Shown here: positions 63,290-64,000 of the stretch, piece by piece
How positions within the stretch are numbered: the first letter of the stretch is position 1
How the letters are laid out: the number at the start of each line of letters is the position of its first letter
Source: Octopus vulgaris
Taxonomy: Eukaryota
Direction of reading: 5' to 3'
Length of the DNA: 64,000 nt
NCBI GenBank assembly: GCA_951406725.2
Contig: OX597821.1
Coordinates: 113,026,001-113,090,000 of the forward strand
The notes under the pieces: generated by a model
Seen by the model: only the letters and a program-made list of their open reading frames with translations
The model's database searches: none
Told to the model about the DNA's origin: nothing
Position numbers and translations under genes: made by a program

Positions 63290-63590
63290 TTTCTAAGGTT
63301 GGCCTCAGACCAACCAATGCCTTGTGAGCTGATTTGGTGAATGGAAACTGAAAGAAGCCCGTCTGTATATATGTGTGTGTCTTTGTATCTTTGTTTGTCC
63401 CTCACTACATTTAACTGATATCGGTTTGTTTACATCCGTGTAGCTTAGTGCTTTGACAAAAGTGACTGATAGAATAAGTACCAGGCTTTCAATGAATAAG
63501 TACTGGAATCGATTTGTTTGACTAAAAAGTCTTCAAAGTGGTGCCCCAGCATGGCCACAGTCTAATGACTGAAGCAATTAAAAGATAACA
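63290..63590 (+). mobile_element. SINE family 2, 5'-truncated
   Basis: GGAAACTGAAAGAAGCCC...GTGCCCCAGCATGGCCACAGTCTAATGACTGAA. Confidence 0.8.
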
Positions 63591-64000
63591 TACTCTAGGT
63601 TATAAACGTCTTCCAACATTAACTAATTTTGGAAAACTGAATTTTAAATACCGATGCTGCTTGATATTGTATTGATGCTTCTAAACATCAAATGTGAAAT
63701 ACAGAAATAGGAAGAAACACAAGACCCGTGAAAGGGTCAAGAGTTAATTCGGTAGGATTCAATTTGTGCAACGTAGAACCATTAAAAGAAGAACTGAGTC
63801 AATTATTGAACACAACAATCACAAACACAGCATCTAATCAAAGACACCATTCTTATGTAGAATGGTCTATAGTTAAATGATCTTAGATATGTTGACTCCA
63901 AACAAGTATTATTCAAAATGGAAACTATCCAATCAGCTGTAATTTCAATGCCAAATGATAATTTCTTTCATAAATATACCAGTAATCAGAATCAAAGCTT

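Overview
AT-rich, microsatellite-dense eukaryotic DNA with no convincing intact protein-coding gene. The repeat families resemble those I recall from Octopus genomes (inference), and the window is probably intronic or intergenic. Nearly all ORF-track entries come from microsatellites and SINEs. The window is a mosaic of (i) three tRNA-headed SINE groups that swap 3' tails, (ii) many 5'-truncated RTE LINE ends with (GAT)n tails, one CR1-like LINE end and two older RTE remnants, and (iii) non-autonomous DNA elements (piggyBac-like TTAA MITEs, hAT MITEs, a Tc2-like MITE, mariner ends, a Helitron, a Helentron-type element, a foldback element). The main hidden signal is seven minimal type-I hammerhead-ribozyme motifs of at least four sequence types, mostly in short remnants beside TA-rich or (TA)n tracts, consistent with Penelope-like elements or retrozymes; two related copies show compensatory stem I changes. 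The LINE partners of the SINE tails are also visible in the window, one with a covarying 3' stem-loop. A SINE-free island at about 2.5-4.9 kb with a strong splice donor, and two small exon candidates, hint at a host gene on the + strand. Boundaries of degraded repeats are approximate (about 10-20 nt), and family names come from motif recognition, not database searches.
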